From: the human T2T-CHM13v2.0 reference genome, Homo sapiens
Reading direction: 5' to 3' (one strand)
NCBI RefSeq assembly: GCF_009914755.1
Contig: NC_060938.1
DNA length: 64,000 bases
The notes under the pieces are model-generated. The model was not told the DNA's origin, ran no database searches, and saw only the letters and a program-made list of their open reading frames with translations. The position numbers were made by a program, and so were the translations under genes. Below, piece by piece: positions 1 to 23,196 of this stretch. Numbering within the stretch: position 1 is the first letter of the stretch; every line of letters starts with the position of its first letter.

Positions 1-50
1 TCACCTCTCAATGAAGGTCTCACAATTCACAACATTAAAAGTGATTTTCT

Positions 51-652
<602 letters not shown>

Positions 653-1029
653 AGGTGGCTTTCCTCAGTGAAGTTCCCATGTAACATAGCATAACCCTCC
701 AGGGACTTCCCCAGAAGTTTGTTAGAATTGAGAGCAGAGCTAAGTCTCTGGTTGTCTCCTGATAGCACCAGATAACCCTTTTCTGGGGTCACCTAGGGTC
801 TTGCAATCATTTTGTGCCCAGGGCTCAGCCTTTGATGTTTGTAGCCTTTGCTCGAGGCTACTGTTTGAGTGAGCCCAAGTGTTCCAGATGAAACGATACA
901 GGGACAAGTTCACATAATAAGGCTGTTCCCCATCACCACCTCGGCTACCAATCAGCTGGAGCCCTGCAGCTCCCCCTGCTATTCCTTTCTCCACTGCTGT
1001 AGATTTCCAGGGCTCTGAGAAAAGGAGGA

Positions 1030-1106
1030 GGACGCAGACTCTGCTCTTCAGATCCACATGCTGATCCCCACTACAATCAGTGACCTGAACTCAGAGTCCG
1101 AGTAGG
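1030..1106 (+). other. EDDM3A: EDDM3A non-coding exon 1 (5' boundary approximate)
   Basis: Donor AGG|GTAAGA at 1107, conserved in paralog at 23621; two-exon layout typical of this cluster. Confidence 0.7.
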
Positions 1107-2216
1107 GTAAGAAGGGCTCTGCTGAGGTTGCTCGGGGGACAGCCAGGAGCACTGGAAGGAGGCTGATTGAACTTTTAGATAGCAAACAATGGAGAAGGAT
1201 CCAAATCATGGAAAACAAAGGTCTGAATTCTGGTCAGCCTCAGTCCCACTGATACAGGCTTTTCCCTGCCCCTCCCTTCCTTCACCGCCAGTCCTCCTAA
1301 GCACAGTGCATTAAAGCTGCTTGCATCCTACTCTTCTATCTTGTGTAGGCCTTTATCACCAGGACAGGGTTCCACAGATGAGGAACCCTGTGTCTGATGT
1401 GGGCATTTGACATCTTTAGAAGTGCTCTCACATGCTTGCATCTCATTAGACTCTTGCAGGTCTGTAGGGAGCTGTGATTAGGCCTATCTGAGGACACCGA
1501 TACTCAGAGCTATGAATCAGGCTAGAGGTTCAGTAGGGCCAGGAATACTCCTCATGGCAAATGAGGACAGATAGCTGGTAAAGAGATAACTTTTTCAAAC
1601 GACCATACATCCTATGCTGTGACCACAGTAGCTCTGCGGGGGACTGTTTTAGTTTTGGTGCCTGATTGATTACAGCAACAGTTCTAAACTGATGTCCTTT
1701 TATGATGGCATTGTCAATAAGCTCTAACAAATGAAGATCATTTGTAATAGCAGTAATTAGGGAAATGGCCTCTGAGAAGGGATGCCGATAGTTAATAATG
1801 ATCACATGTTTCACCCAGACTTTGGGGAAAGTGTTATAAGGAAGTCAAGGTTGGAAAAACATCATTTTTCAGAGAAGTGCAATTGCAGCCTGGGCTGTGG
1901 TTTCCAGAATCAATGCCTTCTGCCTAGGAACCACCTCCCAAGTAGTTACTCATCTTCTACATTCCCTTAAAATGCAACAATCTTTTCCACTTTGCAGACA
2001 ATACGCTTAAAATGTCATTTTTCTATTGGACACATGATCTCCTGAGAGCTTATTTGGTAAAAGAGAGCTCGATAGTGATTGGCTCCTCAAATTGGGTAGA
2101 AGACAGGGTAGACAGGAGATATTTGAAATTCTCAAAAGGTACTTTATCTATATTTTCCAAATTTGTGTTTAGCTCTCACAGGCTAAAGCATATTTTTAGT
2201 TCTTAGAAACTGTATT

Positions 2217-2510
<294 letters not shown>

Positions 2511-2693
2511 AGAAACTGTATTCTTTAATGAGAATCATCATCTTCTAATATGGGACCAAATAGCAATATAGTGCCCAAGTACCTGCTTGGCAGGGAAAGG
2601 AATTTTAAGGTGGAGCTCAGCTCTCTGAGTATAGTCTGGTTAATGTTTTTCTTTCTCTTCCCTGTAGACACGCAGGTGGACCTGGTGACTGAG

Positions 2694-3137
2694 ATGACAT
2701 CCTCTCTAAAGATTTGGGGCATACTCTTGGCCCTGCTTTGCATCCTTTGCAGGCTGTGTGTATACAGTAACAACATTTACTGGAGAGAATTCATAAAACT
2801 TCATTACTTAAGTCCAAGTCGAGAATTCAAAGAGTACAAATGTGATGTCCTCATGAGAGAAAAAGAGGCTCTGAAAGGCAAGAGCTTTCATATGTTCATC
2901 TATAGCTTATGGTTCAAAATTCAGCGTGCATGCATCAATGAGAAGGGGAGCGACCGATATAGAAATGCATATGTATGGGCCCCAGGTGCCCTCAAAGTAC
3001 TCGAGTGTCACTGGGAGAAGTACAACAATAGGTACACAGAGAGCAGAAGCTTCAGCTACATTGAATTCCATTGTGGCGTAGATGGATATGTTGATAACAT
3101 AGAAGACCTGAGGATTATAGAACCTATCAGCAACTAG
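2694..3137 (+). CDS. EDDM3A: Epididymal secretory protein E3-alpha (HE3-alpha/FAM12A), 147 aa, divergent RNase A-like
   Basis: MTSSLKIWGILLALLCILC signal peptide; ATG follows polypyrimidine tract and acceptor (cgcag, 2675); protein recognised; upstream part of ORF 2550 is intron. Confidence 0.96.
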   Translation: MTSSLKIWGILLALLCILCRLCVYSNNIYWREFIKLHYLSPSREFKEYKCDVLMREKEALKGKSFHMFIYSLWFKIQRACINEKGSDRYRNAYVWAPGALKVLECHWEKYNNRYTESRSFSYIEFHCGVDGYVDNIEDLRIIEPISN

Positions 3138-3469
3138 AAAGTCTATGCACATCCTCAGATATTGGTAGAGTATTCAGTGCTTCCAAAGTGGTGGGCCCTG
3201 CCTCCATCAATAGCCCCTGCCACTCCCCGCTTACATTTATGTGTCAGTGTTTTCCAACTACTTAGAGTTTATGTACCTCGTGATTTCTTGATACCAAATC
3301 TTTGTGTGGTTTCTGTATCTGTAATACAATTTTGTCCTAATTTGCCTAATTTACACCCACATTTTTTCCAAGATTCAGCTCATATGGCATCTGTCCTCGA
3401 CTAACCTAAGACTTTCCTGATATTGACTCTCTTTATACCTACCCAAGCTGAATGACCCTCCTTTTCTTA

Positions 3470-3475
3470 AATAAA
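3470..3475 (+). terminator. EDDM3A polyadenylation signal AATAAA
   Basis: AATAAA followed by GT-rich tract; same position in paralog (26043). Confidence 0.8.
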
Positions 3476-3684
3476 ATATATTATTCTAACGTATGTGACG
3501 CTTATATATGTTATGTGTGCAGAGTATGTATCGTGTGATTGGTATGGGTATCGGTGATCTAGGCTATTTTTGCCTATGGCTGTGCAAGGGGTTTAATGTG
3601 CACTTTATGTGTCTGTGTCTAATGTATGTGATATGTTTATGTATATCATGTGGATATAAATGATTGTGTGCTAAACTGGAGACA

Positions 3685-4917
<1,233 letters not shown>

Positions 4918-5707
4918 GTCTGACACGCTTAGTTCCACTCAGATTTCTGGGTATAGGCAGAGCTGACTGGGTATAAAACACGTGGCATGGTTTCTGGCTT
5001 ATAACAGGTACTCAGCGAAAATTGTTTCCTTTCCCATTCACCCACCAGTTTTGTACTTTAATTTTGATTATGATAAACAATCATTATAAGAACCCATCAA
5101 TTATCTGCTGTCCCTGACTCTAGGGATGGGAATTTCTCATACAAAAATAGAGTAGGCTGTCATCTGTATAAAAGCTATACACATCCAGGATGAAAAAGAA
5201 CACCTCCTCCATCAACCACACACTTACAGATGTCTCTATTAGACTTAATTCCTTAAGAATGTTTCTAAGAAGGTCAATGCACGTTAAACAGGCTAAGGCA
5301 TTACATTTCCTAAGGATGACACGTCAAGTAGAAGACATTAGCACAAATGATTTTATCTGATAATAAACATGTTTGCTTCACAGAAACATAGGGCTCTGGC
5401 CTTGAAACAATCAGGGAAAAGACCAAAGTATCAACATTATTCATGAGGTGACTGCACACTTTCCTAGAACTCTGGCCTCAATGAGTAGTCAGTGTATCTA
5501 GATTGGTCATCATATACCAAAGGCAGTTCCTCAACTTTGCAATTTTTGAGTGCACCTGGGGAGGAGCAGACACCTGGGGATGACAATCTCCACCAACCAA
5601 ACTCAGAAGAGACTAGTATTAAACCAGTAGCTCTTCATCAATGATCAATTTACATATGGGGAAAAAATACTGTTTTTCTCATTTGATAAATGCTCTTCAA
5701 AATATAG

Positions 5708-6235
5708 TGTAGGAGAGGAAAAAAAATTTTTTCTTCTACCCTTTTAGGATCTTAGCTGGGGCCCCATAAGAAAAGCCAGATTAAGAAGAGAAAAACAAAC
5801 AGAAATGTGGTAACATGTGTATCTCATGTATACATGAGAGAAAGAGAGTAACTCAAAGCAGTGGCTAGAACTTGGGCTTAAATGACATCTTCAGCTAAAG
5901 CTAAGGAAAATGCCCGTGGGGAGCAAGTCACGGGGAGATGACCAGGAAAAGTATAGTAAATGAGGGAAAGGTTTGTCATGTAGATTTGAGTCGAGTACCT
6001 TCTCCACTGAGAAGGGTCTCTTGTGATTTAGAGTCACCTTTCTCCTTCTGGCACAGAGAAGGAGACATCTGTAAGAATGGATGTTTCCCTATGAATGCAC
6101 ATTTTCCTTGCAGAAGGGTAACGTGTACTCTATTTTCAGAGCTTTCCTGTGTATCCTGTTTCTCAAAATAAGCAGTTCAAAATAATCTTTGCGCTACAGA
6201 GCATACTTTGTGGTGGCATATTCTATTCTCCTAAA
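5708..6235 (-). mobile_element. MER4-group solo LTR shared with paralog ~30113-30635
   Basis: Typical ends tgtaggagaggaaaa... and ...ggtggcatattct; present in both copies. Confidence 0.7.
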
Positions 6236-6452
6236 ATAGGTTCTCACAAGTACCTCATGTAAGTAACTCTTTAAAAGTTGCTTTTACTAAAAGGTTAGCA
6301 GATAGTGGTTCAAAACAGTACAAGAGGAAAGTGCATTTAAGGGCAATTAATATATTAGCTTTGTATATCAGCTGAATGTGTTACACAAAGTGATATACAT
6401 TTAAAGGCAATTCGCATATTGGCTTTGTGTTGTTTCTCTGCCTTTCCCAGTA

Positions 6453-6769
<317 letters not shown>

Positions 6770-7123
6770 TAAGGTGTTTCAGATCTTGAATTTCAGTGTT
6801 GCAGCTGATGCCAACCAGTCTAAAGACCCCCACCAAGGAACTGGCTCAGCAAAAGATTACAGTTTCTTCATCCCCCTGTCCCCATGACTGCACCCCTCAC
6901 TTCTTGATGAATCAAAAATCCCCACACTTCAGCCGGGTCCAAACCCCTTATAAACCCAACCCCTAAACCTCTGAGGGAGGCAAATTTGAGTTTTCTTCCC
7001 ATCCCCTTGTTTGACTGCCCTAGGAATATTACACTATTTCTCTGCCTCTATCGCCATTATTTGGTACGTTGACTTGCTGGGCACCAGGCAATGAATCTAT
7101 TGTGGTTACAATTTAGTGGAGAG

Positions 7124-7564
7124 TGTCAGAGATGATAAATTCCTCTTCAAAAGGTTTTAATTCTCTGTTCTTCTGGTTCTTTGTTTCTCTAGTTTCTACA
7201 GTTACCCATGCTGTAAACAACCCTTTCCGCACACTGACATGCCCTGACAAGCCTAGACATGCCTTGTGCCATAAGGGATAGCCTTCCCCTTCCTGCCTAG
7301 ATAGCTGTGGTCAATTTCAAACATTAGCCAGTGGGGTCAGTTTAGACTGTGCGTTCCAACCCCAGCCAATGGAGAAAGGACACAGCAGTAAGAACCAATT
7401 GCATTAGGAATAAAAACCCCTGCCCTACCCTGCTCAGTGTGCTCTTGCAATCATAACTGGCACAAGCTGCATCCTTCTGTAGAAGTAAATTTGCCTTGCT
7501 GAGAAAATTTCCATTTGAGTGGTATTCCTTTTGCAGCGCCAAATCTTGTTTCTAATTTCTAACA
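7124..7564 (+). mobile_element. Solo LTR, MER61-like, inserted into the PBS of provirus A
   Basis: TG...CA ends; 4-bp TSD AGAG (7120-7123, 7565-7568); CCAAT and TATA-like box; agaagtaaatttgccttgctgagaaaa motif; family name from memory. Confidence 0.8.
7235..7264. promoter_or_regulatory. Candidate p53 response element, three abutting half-sites
   Basis: tGACATGCCC tGACAAGCCT AGACATGCCT vs RRRCWWGYYY: 1, 1 and 0 mismatches, no spacers. Confidence 0.75.
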
Positions 7565-9152
7565 AGAGCTAGCCTGGAGGCTCCTCATGGGCATTTGTCT
7601 CTGGTTTAATGCCTTCTTGCCACTGTGGTGAACCTGGAGACCCACCGAAGTCTCTGGAATCTTTCTTGCCAGCATGGCACTGCCAACCTTCAGCTCAGGC
7701 TTGCTTGCAGGGGAGGAATGGTTTCTGGAAATGGAAGACATCTTTGCTGTGTGTTCCCAAGCACAAGCAACATCCCCATTTCCTTCTGATCTGCTGGACT
7801 TCTTAGAGGTTTTGTCACCTCTTTGGAGGTCCCATTGACCCTCCTCCACATATACAAAGGGCCCTCCCTGCTCAAGGGCATCTTTCCCACTTGGAAGGAG
7901 CCCACAGGGCACTGTCCAGGGGAACTACTCCTGGGCCTCTTGGTCTCAGTTCTGAAATCTGATTTCTGACTTGTGAGGTCTCATTATTGTTCTTGTTTGT
8001 CCCATTTACCTGTGTGTCAGGGGGCATTCTAAAGGAATCACTAGCTGAAGCTCAGTAGGCCTGACTCAGGGAACCCATCCTCTCTGCCTCACAGTTGCTT
8101 TTGGTGAGTGCTGACGGACCAACCAGCAGCAGCTTGGTGGCCTAGTTCAGGGTGGCCTTCTGCTCCCTCTTCATCACGAGTGACCATTCACTGCATTGCT
8201 GGCTAGAGGTCATCCCTCCCCACATGGAGTGGATCAAAGGCACTCAGATATTGAGTGGAGCAACTGGTGTTTGTGTCTTTTTTGTATGTTAATTGTAATT
8301 TTACCTTGGTTAATATGAAAAATGCTAATTTTGTTCTCCCAGGCAGCCTGTTAGGCTGCATTTCACAAAATTGGGCATCCATTGCCTAAGAACCCATTAA
8401 AAGAAAAAAACATTTACTTTTGTAATACAACCTGGCCCCTTCACCCATCAGAATGTGGGGGAAAAGTGGCCAAAAATGGGTTCCTTAGTTATAATGTCAT
8501 CTGGCATCTAGACCTCTTTTGTAACAAGGAAGAAAAGTGGAAAGAAATCCCTTATGGACAGTGTTTTGCGTTGCTTTGGCAATATAAGCTGATAGAGAAA
8601 AATGTAAAGTTATGGTACAGGAGACTGTTACTAAGCCTGTACTGTTGGAGTCATAGGAAAGGGAAGATGATACTTTGCTAGATCAGTTAAATGAGCTGTC
8701 GGTGCTCCCTCCTTCACCTGGTGAAGGAGCTATGGCCAGGCCACTGGCACCAGAGTCATAGTCCCCACGAGGGACCAAGAGGCCACGAATGATGAGATGC
8801 AGGAATGATTTCCCCTTCTCACACCTGTCAGAGGTTCCAATTTGGCCAGGGAGCCACTTCAGCTCCAGCAGGACAATTTTCCCTTCAACAATTTCCTAGA
8901 GGAGGCATTGACGAGGACACAGGGCAACCCATGGGGCTCATTTGGGTACAATCTCTATTCTCTATTTCTGATCTGTTAAATTTGAAAAATAGTATTGTCA
9001 GCTGGGCACGGTGGCTCACGCCTTAATCCTAGCACTTTGGGAGGCCAAGGAGGGCGAATTTCCTGAGCTCAGGAATTTGAGACCAGCCTGGGCAACATGG
9101 TGAAACCCCATCTCTATTAAAATACAAAAAAAAAAAAAAAAAAAAAAAATTA

Positions 9153-9410
<258 letters not shown>

Positions 9411-10888
9411 CTATATCCCACAATCCTACCTGAGCCAATGTTCAAACCTTGTTAAACACACTTTTACTCTCTGAGGAGTGACAAATGGTCTTAAAAAAGC
9501 CAGAGACAAGTGTTTGCATGCTGACTCCCCCAGTAACCGGGTAAGGTCATCTTAGGTTGCAGTGCCCACAGCTGCCCCAGGTAAAATGTTAACACTGGGC
9601 ATAGGCCCAAGCTCAAGCATTATTGTGATCACATTCTGGCTGGACTCTGTAAAGGAGTGCCAAAGCACAGGAGCCTTAACAAAGTTCAGGGAGTAAGGCA
9701 TAAGCCCAGTGAAAGTCCCTCAAGTTTTCTGGAATATATTTTTGAAGCGTTCAGGGAATAAAAAGAAAAAAAGTTTATTTTTTCCCTATTTAGTCTTAAT
9801 ATATAGCCTTGAAACATACTTTAAGATTGTTTCCCTCCCTTTCCCACCATACACTCCCTTATACTTACACATTTATCTAATTGTAAGCTGGTATCTAATT
9901 ATGTGCTTACTTAGAAGTTCCAGGGGCTAATTTTCAGGCAGAACTAGGCATGGAAACCCAGTTGCAAAATTCCAGATGCTACTTTAAGGCAGCTAGTCAA
10001 CAACCTGGCCATTGTTAAGATGATGCCAGCCCATGCTCCAGGTGGACCACGACTCAATATAGCCACCAGAACAAGACACATAGACCTTGTACCCAGCACC
10101 ACTCCCTGCATGCCACCCATTACAAGTTCCTTTTAGGGTCCCTCTCTCCAGTCTAAAGTTTGAAATGGTTCCTTTAAGGCATGAGCTTTGGCCATTCCCC
10201 AACTGCCAGCTATGGAATAAGGTCATTTTCACTGCATCTCATCCTTCTTATTGGCTTTGCAAACAGCAAGCAGCCGAGCCTGAATTTGGTTACAAATTTG
10301 GTGGCCCATACGGGAAGCACTGTGTGTTTTGAGTGGTCTGAGCCGGTTGATCTGGTTTCCAACAAGTGAGGCAATTGGCTGCAGAAATGTGCCAGGGCTT
10401 AACCGTTCATGCTATGAGATGGGACAAGAAACACTAATGAATACCAGCTGCTCATGGCTATCTGACTCCATCGCTGGGGCACTAGGAAATTTCCCTGAAG
10501 CTGCTGAGATACCTTTGTCTCGAGAAACCTCCCTTCTCTCCCTGTCACAGTGTCTGCTACCTACTATCCTTCTCTGGTACAAGGAAAGTGACATCTGAAG
10601 AAGTCAATGGACTTCAGAACTAGCTAAGTCAACCAGAGTTCACCTGGATCCCCTCTGCCTCTTCTGTGATGCTACTTGGGATCTGTTCTGTTTGGACCTA
10701 GCTGCTTGTGATGCCATTTGGGTGTGTACACCATCCGTGGCACCATGTGAGCTCTGTTCTGTTTGGACTTGGCTCTTCGTGGGGCCATCTGAGGTTGAGA
10801 AAAGCCTTCAGGATTTGTATGTAGCCCCTCTCAGTTGGGATCTATCTGGGAGTGCACTGTCTGAATCTGTGACTGTGTGAGTGTGTAG

Positions 10889-11062
<174 letters not shown>

Positions 11063-11906
11063 TGAGTGCCACCACATCCGGCTAATTTCTGTATTTTTAG
11101 TAGAGATGGGGTTTCACTATGTTGGCCAGGCTGGTCTCAAACTCCTGAACTCAGGTGGTCTGCCCACCTCTGCCTCCCAAAGTGCTGGGATTATAAATGT
11201 GAGCCCCCAGGCCCAGCCTTCTTTCTCTTTCTTTCTTTTCTCTGCAAGGTGACCTGCATAAGTCCCCGGTCAATCCAGGGACCTAGCCCTGGAGGGGGAC
11301 AATCTCTACCACTTTGACTAAGTCATCTTTCTAGGACCCCAAAGTATATCTTACAGCTGTGCCAGACCTTGTGGGGGAAAAGAAGTGTGTGGACTCTTCT
11401 GCGGGTTATCTAAGTGGGCCTGTCACCCTGCTTACAGTGCTCAATGCTGTCTGTGTGAAAACAAGGCTGAAAACACCTGGGGTAAGTCCTTAAGTAATCC
11501 CAACTCCAACCCTTGTTCCCCTTTTTGTCTCTGATTTGCCATCCCCCTTTGTTGTCATTCAGTCATCCTTTATCAGAGCACTGAGCACAGCAACAGCTGA
11601 AAGTGGGACAAGGTTGATGTGGTAGCGGATATTATTGCCAGTCTCCCCCTACCTGTCCAAGAAGTTCATTCTCTGATCTCTCTGACTGTTTTTGCTGTGT
11701 GGCAGGAATTGCACAATTGTGCCTATTGGAACTGTGAGTGGTTTTACTCACATTGGTTGTGTGAGGTCAGGAAGATCCATCCAACTTCTAGAAGTCTAGT
11801 TATGGGAGATGATGAGTACAGGAGCAGAAGAAACAAGGCTGTGAAAAGAAGGTGTCACCACTGTTTCAGCAGGGTCAAGTGGTACAGGTACAGGAACCAA
11901 GCCAGA

Positions 11907-13780
<1,874 letters not shown>

Positions 13781-13802
13781 AATTTCCTCACAGAAGCCCT
13801 GG

Positions 13803-17385
<3,583 letters not shown>

Positions 17386-17389
17386 CAAA

Positions 17390-18590
17390 CGGTGGCTTCT
17401 CTTCAAAATAAAACAGACTGCTGGGTCTGTGGGAACTACTCCTTTCCTGCACTGCATGCTTGCCATGGTGCTTACAAGCCGCCAACCTGAGCAATTGGAG
17501 TCATTTATATACCTGGTATAGGAGTTCATACCCATTCCCCTTCTATGATCATAGCACCTCCCACAGTGGGTTCCCCTCCTACCAGGAAACTCAGAGACAC
17601 CTTATTTGCCTATTCTATTAATAGATTAACAGTACCCCCACCTTGGGATATGCTGTATGTGATGGCATGGGATGTCTGACCGCAGTACAAATACAAGTAA
17701 TGGGTCAAGCACACCATAGCCCACCATATGGGATGGTTACATCCTCAACAATGTAGCCAATCTCTCCAGCTAACTGATGGTATGTGGCTAGGATAGCAGA
17801 ATAATGCCCATCTTCATACTGGGGCCCATCCCTCCACGTGGGGTTGGCTATGGGCCTGCGGCACTCATGGTTGCATTACTTACCTTATAATGGAACCAGG
17901 AGATGCAACTGGGGGCACCCTTACCGGGACATATCCTGTCCCATCTGGATCCTCTCCCTGCCAATTGGGAAAGCATAAAAGCCAGATATTGTCATCAGAA
18001 ATGGACACCCTTGTGGTTTTACCCCCCAGGAGGCGGCCATAGATGTAAAATTACAAGTAGAGGCCGTAGCTAAGCATATGGCTGCTGCCTTTAATAACAC
18101 TCACTCTGCCATCACCTTTCTCCCTGAAGAAACCTCACAGATTAGACAGCCTTAAAGAACTGTATGGCCTTAGATATCCTGCCTGCAGCCCAAGGTGGCA
18201 CATGTGCATTAACTAAGACTGAGTCTTGCGTGTATGTGTGTGTGTGTGTGTGTGTATCAGATTATTCCCACAGTGTAACCCTAGCTATGAAGGCCTTAAA
18301 TATTTCCACCATAGATGCCTCATCCTAAGGCCTTGTGATGGCACGCTTTAGTCAACTCCCTAGTGCATGGAAGACTTATACATCGCTTAATTGGCATTCT
18401 ACTCAGTGTCTTCTTCAGCTGCTATGGATTTTATTGCTATTGTGCTGTCTGTATGGGGATGCAAGACAGACTTCTCAGCAGCTCTTAGTTCCCCACACCA
18501 AAATGCTCCAGCAAGTTCCCACTGTCAATCTGGGAATTCAAGAATATTTCCAACTCCAGGTAAGCAGATTCCATCCCATTACCTCCTAAT
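17390..18590 (+). pseudogene. ERV env remnant
   Basis: TM immunosuppressive domain LKNCMALDILPAAQGGTCA plus degenerate CX6CC (CALTKTESC) at 18152-18232; hydrophobic anchor remnant near 18400. Confidence 0.85.
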
Positions 18591-18710
18591 TATGCCTCTT
18601 TTCAGCAGGAAGTAGCCAGATCGCCTGCATTGACCACTTCCCATAGAAATGGATGGGATTTGACAGTAGGGAGCTGTAACCAAGTAACTGAACTTCAAAA
18701 ATGCATTTCA

Positions 18711-19071
<361 letters not shown>

Positions 19072-20044
19072 TTAGTCTCAAGATATAACCTTGAAGCAAA
19101 CTGCAGAAATTTTTTCCCCTCCTCAGTCTTAATATATAGCTTTGAAACATACCAAGAGTCTTTGTTCCCCCGCCATTTCCCACCGTACACTCCCTTACGT
19201 CACATACATTTATCTGACTGTAGGCTTGTATCTAAATATGTGCTTACTTAGAAGTTCTAGGGACTAATTTTGAGACAGATTACAGGCATGGAAACCCAGC
19301 TGCAAAATTCCAGAGATTACCTCAAAGCAGTTAGTCAACAACCCGGCCATTGTGGGGATGATGCCAGCCCATGCTCCAGGTGGACCATGACTCAAGATAG
19401 CCACCAGAACGAGACGCACGGACCTGTACCCAGCACCACTCCTTGCATGCCACCCACTGCAAGTTCCCTTTGTAAGCCCCTCTCCCCAGGCTAAAGTTTG
19501 AAATGGTTCCTTTAAGGCACAAGCCATGGCCACTTCTCCAGTGCTAGCTCTGGAATAAAGCTTCTTTCTTTTCACTGCATCTTGTCCTTGTTATTGGTTT
19601 TGCAAGCAGCCAAGCCTGCATTTGGTTACATTTTATTGTTTTAAAACTACTTTCAAATGCATTACTTCTAAAAATTCTCAAAATTACTCACTGATGTACT
19701 AGAATATATCATCAGATATGATGCCTTGAAAAGCTCTAGAGCTCTTTCTTAGCTTGCTTCTTCGAACATTGGCTCAGGTAGCTTCTCTCTCCCACCTCTC
19801 TCTACATTCCTTGAGTCACTACTTGAATTTAAGTCTTCAATAGATAATGCACACTTGTTGGAAAGAGCTCTGGATGTGTGGGCACATGACAAACGACTGA
19901 TTTTCCCTCAGAATCGCCTCTCAAGTCATCCAAATCCAGATGCCCAGAATTGTTTCCTTTATCTCTTCTCTATCATCAAAAGACCTAGAGAGTAGGAGGA
20001 TGCATAGAACCTGCTCTGAGGCAATAAGACAGAGCAGGGATCTA

Positions 20045-21098
<1,054 letters not shown>

Positions 21099-21367
21099 AT
21101 ATCTCTCCCGTGCCCCACAGAGTCTATCAGCACATGATTCCCTATTATTCAATGATTGCTTGACAGGAGCTGAAGTATGAAGAAAAGTTCTGGATATAAA
21201 CGGAATATTCTGACATTCTAATAGCTAGGTGGTCCAGTGACAAACTCAACCAAGGTGGCTCAGGTAGGAGTGGCCTTGCGGATGTTGATAGAAAATACAT
21301 TCAAGACCAGGTACAATGGCTCACGTCTGTAATCTCAGCACTTTGTGAGGCCGAAACGGGCGGATCA

Positions 21368-21622
<255 letters not shown>

Positions 21623-21982
21623 TCAAGTATCTTACATTATCCATAAGTGAAACCTTTGGTTACTGTTACTGAAACAATATTCGTTGCATATACCAATTTA
21701 GGGGGAGTTGGTATGAAACGTGCTGGAAATTCCAGATGTGATATGGAAAGGTCACCCATGGGATGCTCACACAAACTCAGTTTAAGGGCTGGTGGTCTTG
21801 ACCAGAGTGAGCTGAGTTTAGGGCTGAGTCTTGAGTTCCTGAAAAACAATTAGGTCAACACCTTGTGATGCATACTTCAGAGTCAGATGTGATATATAGG
21901 AACATTGTGGAAACTATGGCTAGGCTACCTGACATTTTACTAAGGCAGTAAGGACTACAGCGTCAGCAAAGGTTATTGTTAA

Positions 21983-23196
<1,214 letters not shown>

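Noticed and set aside
902-911. p53-type decamer GGACAAGTTC upstream of EDDM3A (GAACAAGTTC in EDDM3B)
   Set aside because: A single half-site is expected by chance and is insufficient for binding
2550-2693. N-terminal extensions of the EDDM3A (2550), EDDM3B (25151) and RNASE1 (57597) ORFs
   Set aside because: They run through polypyrimidine tracts and splice acceptors, so they are intron; signal peptides begin at the downstream ATGs
17390-18615. Possible co-opted syncytin-like env
   Set aside because: Multiple stops, frameshifts, deletions and a microsatellite; no long ORF
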